Source: Podarcis melisellensis (taxonomy: Eukaryota). Taken from it: a stretch of 64,000 nucleotides of DNA. This document shows positions 1-16,062 of this stretch, piece after piece (within the stretch, counting starts at the first letter, position 1; each line of letters begins with the position of its first letter). Under the pieces are notes generated by a model. That model was given only the letters and a program-made list of their open reading frames with translations, was not told the DNA's origin and searched no databases. Location: assembly GCA_964234715.1 (NCBI GenBank), contig OZ174292.1; one strand, written 5' to 3'. The position numbers and the translations under genes were made by a program.

Positions 1-164
1 TCTTATATAAATTATTTCATGATTTGGCTAGGATTGCCAGGTAGCTAAACTAAGAAGGAAGAAGCAGTAACCAGGTGAGAGAGAAATAAACTTGTGGTAA
101 AGCATCAACAGTTACAGAATAATGGTTCCAAAAAAGATGAATGTTTGAGTTTTTGGCAAACATT

Positions 165-214
165 ACTGTACACCTCCGGAACGAATTAAGTTCTTAACCC
201 GAGGTATCACTGTA
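165..214. mobile_element. Right-end remnant of a Tigger-like MITE
   Basis: ggaacgaattaagttc...gaggtatcactgta resembles the right end of the 46698-47285 element. Confidence 0.55.
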
Positions 215-2794
215 CTTCCCAGAATGACTTTACTATGGCTAGTGACTGCCTGCTGAGCACAGTGATGCACAGCCCACCAGCAGAGACCTCTACAGCACAT
301 TTGTGCACCACAAGAAGATGCCTCTGCCCATCCTTGGATAGGAACAGACAGTGGGCCTGGTCCAAGGGATTTGAGTCAAAGCTTTGGTTAACCTTTGAAG
401 AAGCTTACCTAGGTCAATGTAAGTAGGGATAATCTAAGTTTCAATTTCAGTCAGTTTGGCTCTTCATGGTTCTTTTAAGAACACAGGGGCCAGATCCAGC
501 CCAGTCGCTTTCTCAATCTGGCCTGCGGACGGTCCAGGAATCAGCGTTTTTTTATATGAGTAGAATGTGTGCTTTTATTTCAAATGCATCTCTGGGTTAT
601 TTGTGGGGCATAGGAATTCGTTCATTCCCCCCCCCCCCAAAAAAAATATAGTCCGGCTCCCCACAAGGTCTGAGGGACAGTGGACTGGACCTCTGCTGAA
701 AAAGTTTGCTGACCCCCTGCATTCCCTTCTTCATCATGTATGGTGGAGCTCAGCCCTGTTGTATCTAGTATGCTTGATGTCAGGATAGAACTGGTGATAT
801 GAGAAATGCTGGGCAGGTATTTAGCTTGTGTGCCACCATCTAGCTCTGGCTGAAGAAAAGGATAGCTAGGAGACCAGGTCTTGCTGGCTACAGGTTGTCT
901 TTGCCAGGTCTGACACTTGGGCCCAAGTTCTGCTTGCATCACAACACCTAGTGCATCGGGATCAGCTGTAATCTTTCAACCAAACTGCAGCTAGTGGTAT
1001 TAACTTACACATGGTCACACGGAAGGTTACTGCTTCCCTGGTCTGTCTTCTTGTCTAGGAAGGGTACAAATCCCCACCAAGGATCCCTGAAATAGTGAAT
1101 TCCCAAAAGTCTACAAATCATGCCTGCATTGGACTAGATGACCCCTGGGATCCCTTCCAATTTTATGATGGGGGTGTGTGGTACATCCAGAATCTCTCAG
1201 ACTTTTGTACCCAGGTTTTGGTAGTGACTAAGGATACTTTGCTGGGTTGAGGCTGGGATGCCAACTATGTTGGTTCTCGGAGGCATCAGATCATGGCACG
1301 TACACCGTGGGTTCATCTTATTTGGATCACTGCAACACAGACTGTGTGGGGCTTGCCTTTGTATTTGGAAACAACAGCTGATTAAGAATTCTGCAGAAAG
1401 GTTTATGGCCAGGGTCAGTTATGGGGAACATGTGAATCAATCCTTGGCAACAACAGCTAGATTAGCTGGTGGTCCTAATTATTTTGAAATGTGCCACTAC
1501 AAATATTCAATTGCTTTGTATGTGCTTGCCTCATGGAGCCATTTCAGTCATGGAACTTTGAGTGAGGAAATGTCCTTTTGACAAGTTTGCTCAACTGAAG
1601 TTTTCTTGGGATAAGTGGAACCTGCAACAAATTGCAAACACATTTAGGAGGCCAGCCAACTATGCCTTCTTCCATTGCACCTCTTCTGATTTTCGTTTCT
1701 CTCCCCCCAACACACCCCCATCACCAGTCAGTAAGCATTTTGTGCCCGCTGAGTATATTACATCCTTGTTGGGCCTACTTTTGTTTTTCTCCCCCATCAA
1801 TACTTTTGTTTTTCTCCCCCAAGTTGCTTTTATGCTTTTGAGTGTCTTGGGTTTCTTAAGCCCGTTAACTGTATTGAAACCTTCCTTATCTGCATGGATG
1901 GTGACATTTTTGGCTATGTAAGGTGCCAGGCTCAGAGAATGAGTTTGTTATAGGATAACACTCCTGTTTGGTGCTCTGAGTGAGATATGAGTGCCTGGAC
2001 TGAAGCAATGGTAGAAACGCCCTTGGCTTGTCAACACTGCCATTTGTGTTTACTGTAGGGACAGCCTGGCTTCAGTGCTACATACAGCTTTGTTTATTTC
2101 TTATTTGCAGCGTGCTTCCTTCTATCTCCATGAAATAGCCACTTGTTAAATCCACTGCATAATGTGCTTTGAAGCTTTGTTTAATACATATGTATTTCAG
2201 CATTCTCCTTCATGACCAAACCAAGTTTCCCTTTGACCTCCATTGAAGTTGTCCGTCAGTAATGTTGTAAGGCTCAATTGTTTTGGCATTATGCAACAGA
2301 GGACTCTGGGCCTCTTCCTCTGACTCACTGTGGTTGTACTTCCTGTCTTGTAATGTATGTCCTTTGGTGTCCGCTTGCTAAAAGCTTGTTTCTTTTTATC
2401 AAATGGTTTCCAGTAGGACTGCAAGTTTTAATTAGAAGATCAATCAATTAAAGTTGATAGGGGAAGGAAGAACAGGTGTTTGTGAGTATGAATGGAGTAT
2501 GTATGTGTTTAAGTGTGTAGGGTGAAAGGGAGATGCTTGTCCTGGCCCCACCTTCCACAGTGCCTAGTCCAATCCCCTTCAATGAAGGAATCTTTTGGCC
2601 CAGCGTGGGGCACAAACCCACAACCCTGAGACTAAGAGAGTCGTGCTGAGCCTGCTCTTGTTTTAAATGGATGTAGTTTTTACCAGAAGGACTGTGAACT
2701 ATTGTGGAAATCATGTTTTTAGGACAGCAACAACTACTTAGGGTTTTTTTCAGAGGAGCTTGGTACAAGTGATGTATGTGTCCTAGGCTGTCAG

Positions 2795-3350
2795 AGAATG
2801 GTTTTAAAAAGAACTGCTTCTGCTGTTGTGGCAGATGCTCTGTTGGATGCTTTTCAGTATGGCACCTGGTCCATGGCCTCCACTGTGGTTGCCCAGAGAA
2901 ACATCTCGTTGAGACAGTGGCTCATTGATTATAGTTTGGAAGCACACTTGGCCAGTCTCCTTTTCTCAGGGGCAATGATGATGATAATAATAATGATAAT
3001 AATAATAATAATAATAAATAATAATAATAATAATAGTGATAATGTAATTGTATTATTTATATGAAAGTCATCTGACTAGGTTGCCCTAGTCACTCTGTGG
3101 CTCCGAACAAATATTAAAAAAAAAGTAAAACATCAAACATTAAAAACTTCCCCTACGCTTTTTGGGAGTCTCTGCAGGTTCACTTGGTGGAAATAAGAAA
3201 TAAAACCAAGGTACTGCCTTCTGCTAAAATAGATGAATGCAAGGGATGACAGTCTTCCTTTTTTCATCCCCCCATGCAGCTTTCCCAATCTACCTAAATG
3301 AGAGCCTTGGTTGAGAGTTTCCAAGTGACTGAAGAAGACCACTGTTGTGA
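2795..3350 (+). mobile_element. DIRS-like retrotransposon ORF1 relic, interrupted by an L2-type tail
   Basis: Peptide ADALLDAFQYGTWSMASTVVAQRNISLRQWLID...LASLLFSG, continuing as LFG after the insertion, resembles the vertebrate DIRS gag motif. Confidence 0.5.
2975..3045. repeat. (ATG/AAT)n microsatellite
   Basis: Direct inspection. Confidence 0.9.
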
Positions 3351-3559
3351 CTGAAGCAACTAAGATGTTTTTCCCTGTACATAATGTTGAAATAATTGAT
3401 TTCTGTGCAGACTGCAGTTAAGTATGTAGTCGTTCTCATAGAGAAGGCTTGTATAAAGCTGCTCTAAAGTTTTATATCTTGATAATGGGGTGGCTCATTG
3501 GAGGGTCTGCTTGGTAGTAGTTCTTCAGACTGCAGATCTGTGAGCTCTGGCTTCTGTCA

Positions 3560-3722
3560 TGGTGTCTTGTTGTGCCAGAAGCAGTTTAGTTATGCTGGCC
3601 ACATAACCTGGAAAGCTATCTGTGGACAAATGCTGGCTCCCTTAGCCTGAAAGCGGAGATGAACACCGCACCCCATAGTTGAATTTGACTGGATTTAACC
3701 ACCCAGGGGTCCTTTACCTTAC
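3560..3722 (-). mobile_element. Sauria SINE-like fragment
   Basis: Reverse complement begins aaggtaaaggacccctgg...aaatccagtc...ctatggggtgcggtgttcatctccg. Confidence 0.65.
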
Positions 3723-6284
3723 TAAGCTAACAACTTTGAAGGTTAAATGGGATGAGGATAACATAAAAAATTTAAAGTAATATAATAAAGTAAATATAAT
3801 AAACAAAATACTATTTGTTTATTATTATTAATAATAGCCAGAAACCAAGAGGCATAATCTGTCTACACAGATGTGTATTTGGTTGCCTCTTGAAACCCAA
3901 CACAACTGATGCATTCCTACAAAGAACCAGATTTGCTAATCCACATCAGATAACAGAGAAACATATTTGTACTTACAAGCCACCTTCTTTTACAACTAGC
4001 TGTCAGCCATCTCTGTTTTTATGTTTCTTGGTCTCTGTTGCAAAATTTCCATTTCTTACCTACACACACCATCAGCCCCCTCCCTTTAGGTAGCAGAGGT
4101 GTACCATCTTTTCCAATCTTTGATGGGTTTCTTCTTCCAGACATCCCAGAGAGATCTCTGTATATTTCCCAGCCATTTGTCACCATTAAATAAAACATTG
4201 CCAGACATTCCTGGCCATCAATAAGCATTTTTCTTTTAACTTGAATGAAACCAAGAATTATCAGAACATTCCACAAAAACCTAATTTAAGTTTGGATTAC
4301 TTGGGATTTACTGACAAAGGAACATTGCCCAGTCAGTATAACAGTATTGTGGTTTGCACCTTGTGGCAAGCCAGGCTATGGTTTATCATGAACAAACACA
4401 AATGCTAATATTGTGCCCACCCTGTTCCTTTCCCCCTCCCAAGTGGGGAGAAAACGAACTGGAATGCCAGCTTAACATTATAAACCAGTGCTTGTGGTTT
4501 GTTTGTTTTTCCAAGAAGATGACTTACCACAGCCATCACCAACTTGGTTATGTTGGATTTCTAGAAGAAGAAGAAAAGAATTGGAAACTTTTCTGTAGCT
4601 GCAAATTAATTGAGATCTGATTTACCAAGTTTATTAAATTACTGTTTACTTGTAAATGTTTAAAGATTTATTTTGATTAGTGTGAATTTTATACACTGCT
4701 TGATTGAAAAAACAGCAACCTCAAAGCAGCTTACAAACGATAAAATAGTAAAACTGAGAAAAATTCACAGCCATACTTAAACATACAAATGTTAAAATAC
4801 TAAAATATTTTAGTAAAGAAACCTAAAATATATTAAGGGGGAAATTAGTAAGGTGTACTTAGTGTGATTTAAATGTTATATTCAAACATATAGCATTACT
4901 TAGAATTTTTTATTGGATTCCTTGAAAATATTTGGAGAAATGACAACTCTGTAGCATCTTACTTCCTTTACCTTTAGATTTAAATAAAATTTTAGGATGC
5001 CTGAATTGCTATGCACCTAAAAAAATCAGTTTCCTGGGGATAGCCATCTGAGAAATTAATTACAGCCTTGATTTAAACTGTTATTATTGTGTCCATTCTA
5101 GTTCACCAGTTTGATGGTGGCTGTGCTTTCATGTCTCAGTAAACTTTAATTACCATGAATATGTAAATAGAGCAAAAAAACACACAACCCATGACTAGTG
5201 CTTCATCTGGGAATCACAGTTTGTTTTGCTACAAACAAACCATGATTGTTCTTGGGTTTCCAATTGTGTTTTGTTTGAAATGAAACAAACCATGATCCTT
5301 AGTTCAGAAGTAATGCTAAGCCAAGGCTCATGGTTTGTTGCACCCGCTCATGCTAGGGGAGGATCTAAGTGGGAGTGCTTTGTGCATTTATTTTGCGCTT
5401 ACTTTGATGTGCAGACTGAGCAAATTTATATCCATTTATATCCATTCATTGCTGCCGAGTAATTTTAGGAAATGATGCATTTAAAAAAGTGCCTTCACTA
5501 ACTAGGATCCAATGCTCATGGTCAAATGAAGATCATACATCATAGAACCTTTTCAGTCTTGGTTCCTGTTTCCTATGAATAGGGTAGTCTCGTCAGCATG
5601 ACTAGAAAGCAACAGGAACATGTCTTTCTAGGTAACAAAGTCTCACACAATGGATCTGCATAGGACACCATGCACTCAGTGGGAGAGGATTGGGAGTGAC
5701 TCTCAAGGCAAGTTGCCAAGTGCTTTGTTCTTGTTTTTGTAATTGGAGATTCTATTCTCTTGGGGAAATGTCTCAAAACACTTTGGGGTTTAGAGCAAAA
5801 TATGCTTTCATGGGGCCTTACCCAGTTCTGTGTTCTGAATTCATGGGTGTAACAACAACAAGGAAACTGCAGTGGTCCATTCAGCATTCATTTATTTGTA
5901 CAGGGCTATTATAGCCTATGTTTTCTGCAGTCTTAAGTGCAAGGTGGCTAATAGATGCAACATAATTTAAAAACACTGCTTTATTAGGAAACGAAAGACC
6001 AGCAGGGAATGATGACTAAAATCAAATGTTTTTTATTTCTTTATCCTGAATTTTTAAAAACCTCTTCTGGTTTTGAGTTTGTGTGGATTTTGGGAGGCTT
6101 CAACTGAGCTGTAGTTACCCAAAAAGCAAGAGGTTTTAAGACTGGGAAATTCTTTTCAAAGCATTGTGAAAGTAGTGTTCTGCTAGCTAGGAAGACAAAC
6201 ATTTCCAAAGCTTTGGGGCATGTACTTCTTGATAAACACATGGATTCTTAGTCTCTCCCCCCCACTCCAAGAGTATCAAATCTA

Positions 6285-6639
6285 CCGTATTTTTCGCCCT
6301 ATAGGACGCACTTTTCCCCCTCCAAAAATGAAGGGGAAATGTGTGTGCGTCCTATGGGGTGAATGCAGGCTTTCGCTGAAGCCTGGAGAGTGAGAGGGGT
6401 CGGTGCGCACCGACCCCTCTCGCTCTCCAGGCTTCGTGGACCTCTCTGCAAGCAGCGGGAGCCAGCGCTGGGCTCCCATGGCTTGCAGAGAGCTGCCTGT
6501 TTGGGGGCTGGGGTCGGGGGAAGCTCGGGCCTCCCCAGCCCCGCGCCAGGGGGGGAAATAATTTTTTGCCCTTTATTTCCCCCCCAAAAAACTAGGTGCG
6601 CCTTATGGGACAGTGCGTCCTATAGGGTGAAAAATATGG
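6285..6639. mobile_element. Tc1/mariner-type MITE
   Basis: TA TSD; TIRs CCGTATTTTTCGCCCTATAGGACGCAC / GTGCGTCCTATAGGGTGAAAAATATGG. Confidence 0.88.
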
Positions 6640-7249
6640 TATTTTATTAACATATTAAGAGCTTAATTCCAGTGTGGGAAAAAAAGATGGATTTATGATA
6701 ATGTTTTAATAGTATCACAGGTGTTTGGGAAGTATTTCTTTGACTCCTGTATATAGGGGCACCAGTTGGCTGAGGTGGCAGGAGAAAATTGAGCTTGCAT
6801 ACCACAAAAGGAAGGCAGGAAATAGAAAGCCTGATGTTTGTACACTACTGCCTTTTTTGTATGTTTACAAACGATTGAAGACTTGTCCAAAATTCTGTAC
6901 CAGCATTCATTTAGAAATCTGTATGTATCTAATTTGGTAAAGTTGCTAGGAATTCTCAGTTGCTACCAGAGACTTCTGAAAGTCTTTCCATGTCTATCAG
7001 ATATCTCAAGGTCTTACTTAGACCTTCCAGATCCACTTGCTTCATCCAAGAAAACTCTTTATGCTTCTGAGCCTCCATGTACTAGCTATATAGTTAAGGA
7101 AGCAGTAGTAATTGCACCAACTCTTAATATTTGCTAATTTAAAATATAAATCTAAGCACAATCTGTCATTAACAGTGGAAACCATGAACAACATGTTGAA
7201 CTGTACAGTATTTAACATTATCATTCCCATACATCAGGGTGGCCATATT

Positions 7250-7370
7250 GATGTTCTTGAGATACTTTTGGACTCCACTTCTGATCAACCCCAGCCAGCA
7301 TGATTGACAGTCAAGGATTAATGGGACTTGTAGTTCACCAACATATGGAGGACACCACATTGACTACTTC
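7250..7370. mobile_element. Degenerate hAT MITE of the same family
   Basis: ttttggactccac...ccagccagcatg...gggacttgtagttcaccaacatatggagg. Confidence 0.55.
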
Positions 7371-7576
7371 ATAAAACTGTCATTGTCTTCCTTTGTATGC
7401 TGTTACAAAATGTGCCAGCTTTCTCATTAAGGTGGCCATTAGATCCTATGGACATAATTTTGGAACAGTGCGCTGTTCCAGAATAGGATTTTAAAAGTAT
7501 TGTTTGTCAGTCCTCATAATTGCAGGGGGTTTTTTATGCCATTGAAGTAACATTATCTTGTAAAAATACTCTGCAG

Positions 7577-7650
7577 AGATTTCCTGCCCCGTGGATCTGG
7601 AATTGTTACCAGACGTCCCCTCATTCTTCAGCTTATCTTTTCTAAAACAG
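7577..7650 (+). CDS. DNM2: DNM2 exon 2 ([24 protein letters not shown])
   Basis: ctgcag|...|gtatgt, 74 nt, contains the dynamin G2 motif GIVTRRP. Confidence 0.96.
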
Positions 7651-9127
7651 GTATGTGGTTTTTTCATTGTATTTGAAGAGTGACCCAAGTCCTTGTGTGA
7701 ATGCTGATATGTCCGTGTGCAGTTTCTTCTTTGACTGTGACTACTCTAGAATGCAGAAATCTTTATTTGCTCTGGTTAACTAGCATTGTTTATGTATTTG
7801 TGGGACTATATTTCAATGTTCTTAACATGTTTCCAAGTCAGTGTCTTTATTAAGTAATTTACTATACTTTGGTAAAAAACATGGACATGCTTTTTCTGAA
7901 TACGTTGACTTGACTTGTAAAACAAATAGGGATAATGAATCAATCAGTTTTGTAGAGTATTAGAATTATATTCTTAAATCTGAGTGAGGGGAGACTGTGT
8001 ACAAGTAGAACCAAGGCCCTGCTGCACTCGTGGGCCAATGAGCTGAAATTGAATCCTCCTAAGACAGAAATTGTGAGTGAGGTCTAAGAATTAGGAACTT
8101 TGCCTATTCTAGATGGGATTGCACTTCATCTGAATGAATATTAGGGGGCAGTGGGGTGACGAAGTAACCTGGGGATGTGATGCAGCAGTCAAGACTAAGC
8201 TGCTGCCTGGGCCACCCTGTTCTAAGGGATTGACCTAAGACAAACCAACAACAGTTTGTTGGTCACTGTGCCCAACAAACAGTGCATAGCACGACTATGA
8301 TAGCATCTCTCCTCATGCTGCCCAGGGTTGGCTGCTCAGTTCATCATTCACAGGAACTGCACTCAACACCTTGGCACCACCTACCTGAGCCAGTGTGCTA
8401 AGCAAAAACCAACTTGCAGCACAGCTGTAGCAGCCTCCCCTTTCTGCCCTTTCTTGTGCACTGTGCACTGACTGCCTAGTTTGGTGGAGGTGCACAGGAG
8501 CAACTGTGGTGGTCTATTAAAGGCTTTCTGTCGGGTTTTAAAGAGCTTTCTTATGGTTATGGCAGGCAGACACATTGGATAGCAGAACATCATGTGTCAT
8601 GGGGTGGTGATAGGCTCTCCTGAGAGTATGATTCTTAGCAGCTGACCAACCATCCGGGAGTTGCCAACCATTTGGGGCTTTTGGGCACACATTTGCAAAC
8701 TGGGCAAATTGCTGTGGGCATCTTGCACATCCCACAAGCAAGCACACTCCACAGCCTATTGTACGGGCTTCAGTATAATGCTTCTTTCAAGCCCAGTTTC
8801 AGCAGGGAAAGGATAAGGGGAAGGGACCATGTGGGCACCGTGGAAGACCTCTCTGGGCACATCCCTTGGGACCAAAGCAGCAGCACTTTGGTAACATAAC
8901 ACAACACGGTAAATGGACAATGGATATTTGCATAATTTTGGAAATACAGTGTGTCTCCCCCTCCCCTCATATTTTCATCTCACAAAATGAAACTGCTGAG
9001 CATGCTGTGCAGCCCTACTAAATCAGGCATGCAGTATAAAGCATTTGGTATAGTTAAAAGTGGTTTTCGGTGACAGCTCCTGATTGAGCCCTCAAAAGCA
9101 TTTCCAGAGGTGTGAATTCCAATCTGA

Positions 9128-9367
<240 letters not shown>

Positions 9368-9619
9368 TGAGTGCTACTGGACTACTCAAGTACCCTGGAC
9401 TGGAAATATTCAGTAAAATGGAAAGCTGTATCTTTCTTTGGTACTTTGGGAGTAAAAGTCTGTATATAGATGAAGCTGTAGGAGGATGTGAAGGCATTAG
9501 ATGCATTATCATGGTTAAAAAAAGGCTTTAGGGTCTTATTGTCGTGAGAATAACTAGCTAGATCTCCCTAATGGCTTCCCTCCATCCTTGTATGAAAATA
9601 CTTTGGCAAAGTTCCTTGA

Positions 9620-10006
<387 letters not shown>

Positions 10007-10379
10007 TAAAATAATTGGGAAGCCCCAAATCATTCTAGGTAGAATAGTTCAGTGCCAATGTGCTTTTTCTCTGGTCCTGTGCCAGATACCTTTCTTTGCT
10101 AAAATGCTGGTCTTTGAAAGGAATCTTTTAGAGGATCCTGGGAACAGAATGATAATAGCAGAAACCATAAGGTTAGGACAACTGGAACTTAAAATTGCAG
10201 GGCAGAACAAGATGGAATAATTCATGCCCTTGGTGGCAATAATTAGTTCTGTGCATTATGAAGTAAAATAAAGAAATCAAGAGCTGTACGAAAGCCCTAA
10301 TCACACTGATGTGCAAAATTGCTGTCCTAAGCTTATCATTTATTGTAATATGTATTATAGTTCCTGAGAACTTGTTTAA

Positions 10380-10586
<207 letters not shown>

Positions 10587-11516
10587 TAAAATGAGTGTTT
10601 GCTAATCAGGCTTGAGGGAAGGAAGTACCTGGGCTCCAAACCATCATGCAATGTGCATTTAGTGTGCACTCTGGGTATGAAGGAGCAAATGAAAGTAGCT
10701 AGTTTTGAAGTCTGCTTGCTGTTTATCTTGTCCCTTTGTCATCCAGAGCATTCCTAAAGCACCCAGATGTACAGGGCTTCTGGCAATCAGCTTTCTTTTC
10801 TTCCTAGCGTCTTTGGGTGCAAAATGTCAGCAGGGTGCATATGGGACATGATCTGCAACCAAGCTTCATGACAAAGCCCAATATATTTGACATGAAGTTA
10901 TCAGATTCTTTCTTCCACCCACTCTTTTGGCAGGAAGCAGTCAGTGGTTGGAGCCATATATTTTCGTATACTTGTTGGAAACTTCCAGTTTGCACAGTAG
11001 AAGGGACCTTAGTGATGATCCTAGCTGAGTGTTGTGCATTTAGAGCCAATTTGTGATCCTGATGAATTACTCTGGCTCTTGTGTAGCTTTTAACTTGATT
11101 AGCTTTGTTCAGATTTGATCTCTGTATAGGTCTGTATACTGTATAATAGGAGATGACTCATCTCACCAGTATGAGCTCAGAGTCTGACAAGAGTGGGTTC
11201 TTGATTACCCCTTCAATAAATATGCTTGCTATACTGCTCAATATCACAGTTCGGCATTTGAAATAAACAGTGCAAAATAGGCACATTTTCATCCTTTTCA
11301 TTTGGGCTGTACCACTTGGATTTCTGTAAATTTCTGAGTCACAGTGCTTTCATGTACTAAGGAAGACAACTTGTGACATCAGGGTGTGAGGCCAAGTTCC
11401 ATGGGAAAGAACTATGCCGAGTGTAAAAATTCCAGCCAGTGGCTTCTTGTCTTTTTAATTAAAATAGGAGCAATAGGCCCTTCTTAATTTTAAGTGTGAA
11501 TTGTTGTAGAAGCTAG

Positions 11517-11993
<477 letters not shown>

Positions 11994-12826
11994 TAATAAT
12001 CTGCTATTCTTCATTTTATAGCTGGTTTAAACATTTGAAAGAAACAGGGGAGAGCAGAAATAAGGGTCTTTGGTTTTTAGCTTATTTCTTTTTCAGGTAT
12101 CAGCTTGTTGCTGACATGAAATAAGATGTAGTCCTGCTAATCTCCCATCATACACAGTTTTCTCCGTGGAATTATTCCAAATGAATATGGATTAAACTTG
12201 TTGTAGCAGGAAATGACCTGTAGATGGTTTCCAAAAGCCAGTGCCTGTTTTGGAAGTGTTGAAAGGGCTATGCTGGGAGCAGCCAAGTTTTCTTTTAACT
12301 TTGTTCATCCCCAGCAAGGGCAACAAGGAAAGAATTTTGGTGCTAGAAAGAAGGGTAAGGTATTCACCTAGGTGGTGGGCTTGCAGCTTTGTTAGGCTGA
12401 GATGGGGATTTAGGCATTCTTGGGTCATATACCAAAGAATCACAGCCTACTCCAGTTTAGAGTTCCATCACACCACAAAGGGGCAGCTGATGGATAAGAA
12501 TTTTGGTAAATACTGGAGGATGTTAACTAGAGAGAACAAAAAGCAATAGGGATTCATCTTGGACATATCATATATGGAGAATGGGAAGCCGGTTTTGGAA
12601 AATTGTATTAAATTGAATTAATTTGGCAATGATTTGGAAAATCAATAAAAATAATTGGCAAAAACAACAACAGTTCCATCACACCACAACTCACCCCTGA
12701 TCCAAGAGCTAAATGGACAGCCCTCGACCTAGCTGACTTGAAAGGGAAAGCTGCTTTTATTCAGCACTAAGCAACACTACTTATAATGATGTTGATATAA
12801 AATGATTGCTCTCTTTTTTTCCATAG

Positions 12827-12970
<144 letters not shown>

Positions 12971-13075
12971 TAGGTCAAATCTACATTTAGCTGTGGCTCT
13001 CACAAGGGGAGCTTCCTTCCTTTGTTGTGTTGTGCTTTCAGAGGCTAGCTTTCAACTTGAGAAGCATGAAAACGT

Positions 13076-13190
13076 AGGGTGGTATCCAACTAAGTTTTAC
13101 TCAGAGCAGACCTGTTGAAATTAATGGACCTAACTAGTCATGCTTGTTAATTTCAGTGAGTTTATCCTGGGTAAAACTTAGTTGAATATC
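13076..13190. mobile_element. Old palindromic MITE-like element
   Basis: Imperfect inverted arms caactaagttttactcag...tgaaattaa / ttaatttca...ctgggtaaaacttagttg. Confidence 0.65.
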
Positions 13191-13681
13191 TGTGTTGTGG
13201 CAAACATCCAGTGTGCTTCCTCTGCTCATTTTTTACTTGTACGGCATCATTTATGTGTAAGTTGCAGTTCACAATGTTGCATAAGGGAAAAAGTATGCAT
13301 ACTAGAGAGCATCCTTTTGGATGTATAGGGTGCACAAATTACATGTGACCTTTGCATTCTTTTACATTCCACATTTGGTCGTAAAGTGCATGTGGAGTGG
13401 TATTTTTGTGTAGCAAGGTTGTGGAGCAGCAAATCTTTTTTGAAACATTGTCCATAGTTTGAACTTGATCATCTTGACAAGACTGTTGGCCAAAGTTTGA
13501 GTATTTTAACATCTTACATTTTTATAATGGATTATAGTCAGATCTATTGTTTTTCAGCCTAATTGCATGTTTTGATTTTTCTAAGCAGTTTTCAGATGGC
13601 AGCATAAAAAGTTTTATTGTTGTGATAGTGATAGCGTAGTGTGTGCCGAAGTAGTGTACCAAATAAAGTCATCTCCTACTA

Positions 13682-13910
13682 CAGTCATACCTCGGGTTAA
13701 AGTTGCTTCAGGTTGAGTGTTTCCAGGTTGCGCTACATGGCAACGCGTTACTTCTGGGTTTCGCTGCTCGCGCATGTGCAGACGCTCAAAATGACGTCAT
13801 GCGCAGAAGCGGCAAATCACGACCCACACACACGCAAACTTGGTTGCGTTCTCTTCAGGATGCGAATGGGGCTCCGGAAAGGATCCCGTTCGCACCCAGA
13901 GATACCACAG
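13682..13910. mobile_element. Tigger/pogo-like MITE
   Basis: ta-CAGTCATACCTCGGGTT...CCCAGAGATACCACAG-ta; degenerate TIRs and a CpG-rich core. Confidence 0.7.
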
Positions 13911-14025
13911 TATGTGTTTTTTGAAAGCTTCCTGGCAAAGAATTAGATTTCATACGTTCATGCCAAAAGAAGTTGATCTAGTAAAAAGTGTTACCTTTCA
14001 CTCTACTTTCCTGATTGGCTGATAA

Positions 14026-14268
<243 letters not shown>

Positions 14269-15994
14269 TGATTTGCGAGCTGCTGCTGGAGGACATTCCT
14301 GATAGGGACAATGCCCCCTACTGGAAGGATCAGTCAGGTTCCTGTTAAGCCTTCTGCCGCCTCTCCTGGGGGAAGAGTCATCCCTCTCTTGAGACTGACT
14401 GATTGCTGTTGGTGACAGTTGGACCTTTCTTTTCTCTGAAAAAAGTATTCTCATCTATAGCCTTTTTAAAGTTTACTTTGTGCCAGTTTGTGAGTTTGGT
14501 GATTAAGTATTGGTGTTTATGCAGGCTATAACTGTGCATATGAGAGTACTGCTGTATTTTCAACCCCCTGCTGACAATCAGTAAGACACATTTCCCCCTC
14601 TTAGCAGTGTTCTGTTGCTTGCTAGGAAAGAGCAAAGCCACAAGTGTCTGCTTTGGGCTGATGATCCAGATCCCTTTGGAAGATCTTATCTAATCACCCA
14701 AAGTTAAAGAGGCACAATTAGGGTCCCATCCCATAGTAGTAGTTTTATCCTTCCAGAACAATATGGAAGGCCATGCATCATGCACCTGCAGACCTAATTT
14801 CATTCAAGTGTAGGACACATAATGGGGCTTACTGAACATGTCTTTATGGCAAAAGGCAGTCCTTAAGGTTAAAATCTCTTAACTTTGCACTCACATTTGT
14901 TAGCTGACCATTTGGTACTGACCCTGAGGTGTACTAAGACAACAAGTGCCCTCTTCTCCATTCTCAATGTTTAAAAGATAACAAGAGGCAAGTTTAGTTT
15001 TACTTACATAGCCTGTTGACCTGCTCCTGGCCAGAGTGTCATTTCCAAAGCACATCTAACAGAAAAAAGGGAAGATTTCTTTATATTGTTGAATATCTGC
15101 TATGATGTGTTGATTTTTGTTATTATATTATGTTGCTTTGTGTATTTGTGAGCTGGTGAGAGTTGCAGTCCACAACACCTGGAGGGTACCAGCCTGAAGG
15201 CTGCTGTAGTGTGTTACATCTCTATTACCAGCTCTGATGTCAGCACATTTCTGCTGAAAAACTGATGCTTTAGTTGGCATCTTAGTCGGCATCCAAAACT
15301 TTCAAAGCAATACAATGTGAACAACAAAATAAAACAGCACAAAATACAGTTCAATTTTCACAGTGAAAACTGCCATTATAAACAGGAGAGGGTTTCAAGA
15401 ACTGTTGCTTAGCTGCTCTGGTGCTGGTGGTCACTACTGTTGTGTGTTAAATGGCCTTGTCTTGCCTGTAGGTTTGAAGTATGGAGAACAGTTGACTACT
15501 CCCTGTAGTAGGAAAAATGTAGCAACAGACACTAGCAGGAATAGCAATCTTAAGGTTAAAAACCAGTTAGGTTCCTGGGAAAGTTAAGTACCCTGCCCAC
15601 CCACCCCTTCAGTCGACATAGTGTTCTGTTTACCAGTGAGTAGTCAATTGACAGTTCACACAGATGTCAGTTTTGTCCCTGGGTGAAATTCAGGGGCTCT
15701 ACTTGCACTAGACCAAGACAGAGCTTGCCCTTGGGGTTGAATCACAGGGGATGCATGATCCAGAATGCACTCCTTGTATTGAGGAGAATGGTCTTTGGCA
15801 AGTATGCTGTTCTTGGCTACTACATAATTTGTATCCTGGATCTTTGCATAAGTTCTCTCTAAGGTGTTTGGTAAGTATGGCTTCTCTAAGGTGCAAGCGT
15901 CTGAAGAAGAAAGGAGGCCCTCTTTGTGATCAACCAGCAATTTTGTTTCACCCGTTTCTACCAGCTTTAGCATTGGGGGCTTTTTGTCTTCTAG

Positions 15995-16062
15995 ATGGAG
16001 TTTGATGAGAAGGATTTGAGACGAGAAATCAGCTATGCAATCAAAAACATCCATGGTGTAAG
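15995..16062 (+). CDS. DNM2: DNM2 exon 9 ([23 protein letters not shown]), ending in a non-canonical GC donor
   Basis: ttctag|...AAG|gcaagt, 68 nt; the phase-2 end matches both exon 10 variants. Confidence 0.93.

Noticed and set aside
2798-3064. ORF with a poly-Ile/poly-Asn tail as a membrane protein
   Set aside because: The tail is a translated (AAT)n microsatellite fused to a transposon relic.
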